From the NCBI GenBank assembly GCA_947624035.1, contig CANQIH010000001.1:1-40980 (forward strand): DNA of 40,980 bases, in the 5' to 3' direction. Made by a program: the position numbers and the translations under genes. The stretch is from an uncultured Oscillospiraceae bacterium. Lineage in GTDB: Bacteria; Bacillota; Clostridia; Oscillospirales; Oscillospiraceae. The notes beneath the pieces were generated by a model, which saw only the letters and a program-made list of their open reading frames with translations, did no database searches and was not told the DNA's origin. Position 1 is the first letter of the stretch, and each line of letters opens with the position of its first letter. Below, piece by piece: positions 39,776 through 40,980 of the stretch.

Positions 39776-39973
39776 TTACGTTCTCTTTTCTACAGCTTGG
39801 ATTGGGCACACCGCAAAGCAGTTGCCGCAGTGCAGGCAGTTCTCCTGCCGGATGGCGTAGGGCGTCCCAGGCTCAATGCACCGCTGGGGGCAGTTTTTCA
39901 GACACTTGCCGCAGCCGACGCACGCACATGAAGCAGCAAAAACGGCAGGAAGTCCATTTCCTACCGCTTTTTC
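39776..39973 (-). pseudogene. 2x[4Fe-4S] ferredoxin-domain remnant with no start codon
   Basis: Hand translation gives ...SCACVGCGKCLKNCPQRCIEPGTPYAIRQENCLHCGNCFAVCPIQAVEKRT*, with two CxxCxxCxxxCP motifs. There is no in-frame ATG, GTG or TTG between the upstream TGA (39974-39976) and the first cluster motif. Confidence 0.45.
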
Positions 39974-40192
39974 TCAGCTTCTCGGTGTGGGGTCGTCGGT
40001 GAGGCCGACCAAGTAATCCAGGCTCGTTTTGTAGAAGAGCGCCAATCTTACCGCCATCTCCAGGGGGAGTGGCCGCTCGTTGCGCTCGTACTTGGAGTAC
40101 AAAGACTGATCGCACATCAATTCTTTCGCCACCTGGCGTTGTGTCAGATCCGCATCCTCTCGCAAGTCGCGTATCCGTAGACGCATACTCAT
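39974..40192 (-). CDS. XRE-family helix-turn-helix regulator
   Basis: MSMRLRIRDLREDADLTQRQVAKELMCDQSLYSKYERNERPLPLEMAVRLALFYKTSLDYLVGLTDD. Start set at the internal ATG at 40192. Confidence 0.8.
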   Translation of the reverse strand: MSMRLRIRDLREDADLTQRQVAKELMCDQSLYSKYERNERPLPLEMAVRLALFYKTSLDYLVGLTDDPTPRS

Positions 40193-40276
40193 CACCAACG
40201 CCAATATACAACAGCGGAAAGGGTCATATTGATGGATTGGACAATATGTCCTATAATCTGCGTTGGAGGTGAGGAT

Positions 40277-40444
40277 ATGCCTGACTATAAAGAAATGTAT
40301 TTGAAAATGTTTCGTGCCACGGAAAAGGCTATCGATATTCTTATAGCGGCGCAGCGGGATTGTGAAGAAATGTATACCAGTGACCAAGAACCAGTCATAT
40401 GTATAGTACCGCCCAATAAACCCGACATAGACCAGCCCGAATAG
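40277..40444 (+). CDS. Small 55-aa protein divergent from the XRE gene
   Basis: GGAGGTGAGGAT precedes the ATG. The product begins MPDYKEMYLKMFRATEKAIDILIAAQRDCEEMY. Confidence 0.6.
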   Translation: MPDYKEMYLKMFRATEKAIDILIAAQRDCEEMYTSDQEPVICIVPPNKPDIDQPE

Positions 40445-40615
40445 AGATCATAGCTCCGTTTCCTCAAAACCGTAGTACATGCCCATCTTTTCTTAGCTTA
40501 GGCGTGGGGTGGGCGTCGCCCTCTTTCGGATAACCCAGAAGCAGCTGCATCACCGCGTAATAGTCCGGCGGATGGCCCACTTTTTCAATACCTCCCGGCC
40601 GTAGGGGTCCGCGAA

Positions 40616-40672
40616 GGGTCCCCAAAAGGCTCGCCAGCCTTTTGGGGAGAAGGAGAAAGACCTCTGACCGAC
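40616..40672. repeat. Structured repeat, copy A
   Basis: GGGTCCCCAAAAGGCT-CGCC-AGCCTTTTGGGGAGAAGGAGAAAGACCTCTGACCG. The 12-bp hairpin spans 40620-40647. Confidence 0.85.
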
Positions 40673-40690
40673 GAACAAGGAGCTGATTTC

Positions 40691-40750
40691 GGGGTCCCCA
40701 AAGGGCACGCCTGCCCTTTGGGGAAAAGAAGAAAGACCCTTGACCACAGG
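40691..40750. repeat. Structured repeat, copy B (with compensatory stem changes)
   Basis: GGGGTCCCCAAAGGGCA-CGCC-TGCCCTTTGGGGAAAAGAAGAAAGACCCTTGACC. The hairpin spans 40696-40723. Confidence 0.85.
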
Positions 40751-40826
40751 GCTCCCATCGCAAACCAGCGGAGCGTTTGCGATGGGAAAAAGGAAGGAAA
40801 GCCTTGACGTCTTCACAGGTCTTTAC

Positions 40827-40885
40827 GGGGTCCCCAAAAGGCTCGCCAGCCTTTTGGGGAAAAGGAGAAAGACCTCTGACCGATG
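40827..40885. repeat. Structured repeat, copy C
   Basis: GGGGTCCCCAAAAGGCT-CGCC-AGCCTTTTGGGGAAAAGGAGAAAGACCTCTGACCG. The hairpin spans 40832-40859. Confidence 0.85.
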
Positions 40886-40929
40886 GAGGAGCCTCGCTTG
40901 CGAGGATCTGACATCTTCAGAGGTCTTTC
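40867..40929 (-). terminator. Long stem-loop immediately downstream of tRNA-Gln (probable terminator)
   Basis: Perfect 13-bp stem GAAAGACCTCTGA/TCAGAGGTCTTTC enclosing an inner hairpin CCTCGC-TT-GCGAGG. On the minus strand it begins 4 nt after the tRNA CCA and is followed by TCCTTTT. Confidence 0.5.
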
Positions 40930-40933
40930 GACG

Positions 40934-40980
40934 TGGCAGCGGGAGAAGGATTCGAACCCTCACATACGGAGTCAGAGTCC
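40934..40980 (-). tRNA. tRNA-Gln (anticodon CUG), 3' half only (5' half beyond the window)
   Basis: The reverse complement reads GGA-CTCTGAC-TCCGT-ATGT-GAGGG-TTCGAAT-CCTTC-TCCCGCT-G-CCA: anticodon loop with CUG, T-arm, acceptor 3' strand and an encoded CCA. Compare Bacillus tRNA-Gln GGACTTTGACTCCGT. Confidence 0.8.

Noticed and set aside
39873-40211. 112-aa minus-strand ORF spanning the XRE gene and the ferredoxin remnant
   Set aside because: It is out of frame with both the HTH and the CxxCxxCxxxCP motifs, and its translation is low-complexity.
40464-40816. Minus-strand ORFs 40464..40763 and 40550..40816
   Set aside because: Their repetitive peptides (FSPKG.RA.WGP...) are just translations of the three structured DNA repeats. 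No RBS is present and they overlap each other.
40616-40885. Possible CRISPR array
   Set aside because: Only three copies, with irregular spacing (76 and 136 nt) and degenerate repeats embedded in larger units. No cas genes are present.
1-40980. Transposase, integrase, rRNA or cas genes
   Set aside because: No ORF shows DDE, tyrosine-recombinase or serine-recombinase motifs, and there is no rRNA-like sequence. I therefore call no mobile_element, rRNA or CRISPR feature.

Overview
About 41 kb from a high-GC, spore-forming Firmicutes (Clostridia-like) chromosome. Nearly all genes are on the minus strand, and the very long plus-strand ORFs in the track are antisense artefacts. Left edge (1-7.6 kb): the conserved rimP-nusA-ylxR-ylxQ-infB operon with a leader terminator, an uninterrupted pro-sigma-K gene, a CBS-pair gene and a cytoplasmic transglutaminase-like gene. 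Centre (7.6-35.9 kb): a 28-kb block transcribed in one direction, with two parts. (i) 21.9-35.9 kb is a non-canonical type VIIb secretion (T7SSb) operon in the order PP2C phosphatase, Ser/Thr kinase, exported PG-binding/TM/FHA protein, EssC, LytTR pseudo-receiver regulator, unknown 168-aa protein, YukD/EsaB. Two effector cassettes follow (WXG100, two small helical partners, helical-N-terminus cargo), ending in a Gly-rich 380-aa candidate toxin, a zinc-ribbon protein and a DUF4176 protein. I could not recognise EssA, EssB or EsaA. (ii) 7.6-21.7 kb is a signalling and surface cluster: exported vWA/TM/FHA protein, a second PP2C, two receptor Ser/Thr kinases (tandem NPCBM-like domains; Listeria-Bacteroides-like repeats), an exported transglutaminase-like protein, a 542-aa secreted protein and a 1288-aa DUF1002 plus WG-repeat protein. 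Together that is 3 kinases, 2 PP2C phosphatases and 4 FHA-bearing proteins, including an EssC whose second FHA keeps the canonical phosphothreonine-binding residues. My main hypothesis is a threonine-phosphorylation-gated T7SS, a Gram-positive counterpart of the PpkA/PppA/Fha1 pathway of type VI secretion. Right edge (36-41 kb): a MATE exporter, a CmpB-like membrane protein, a TetR-family regulator, a truncated radical-SAM gene, a ferredoxin remnant, an XRE/small-protein module, structured repeats and the 3' half of tRNA-Gln(CUG). All domain calls come from reading motifs by eye; no searches were run.
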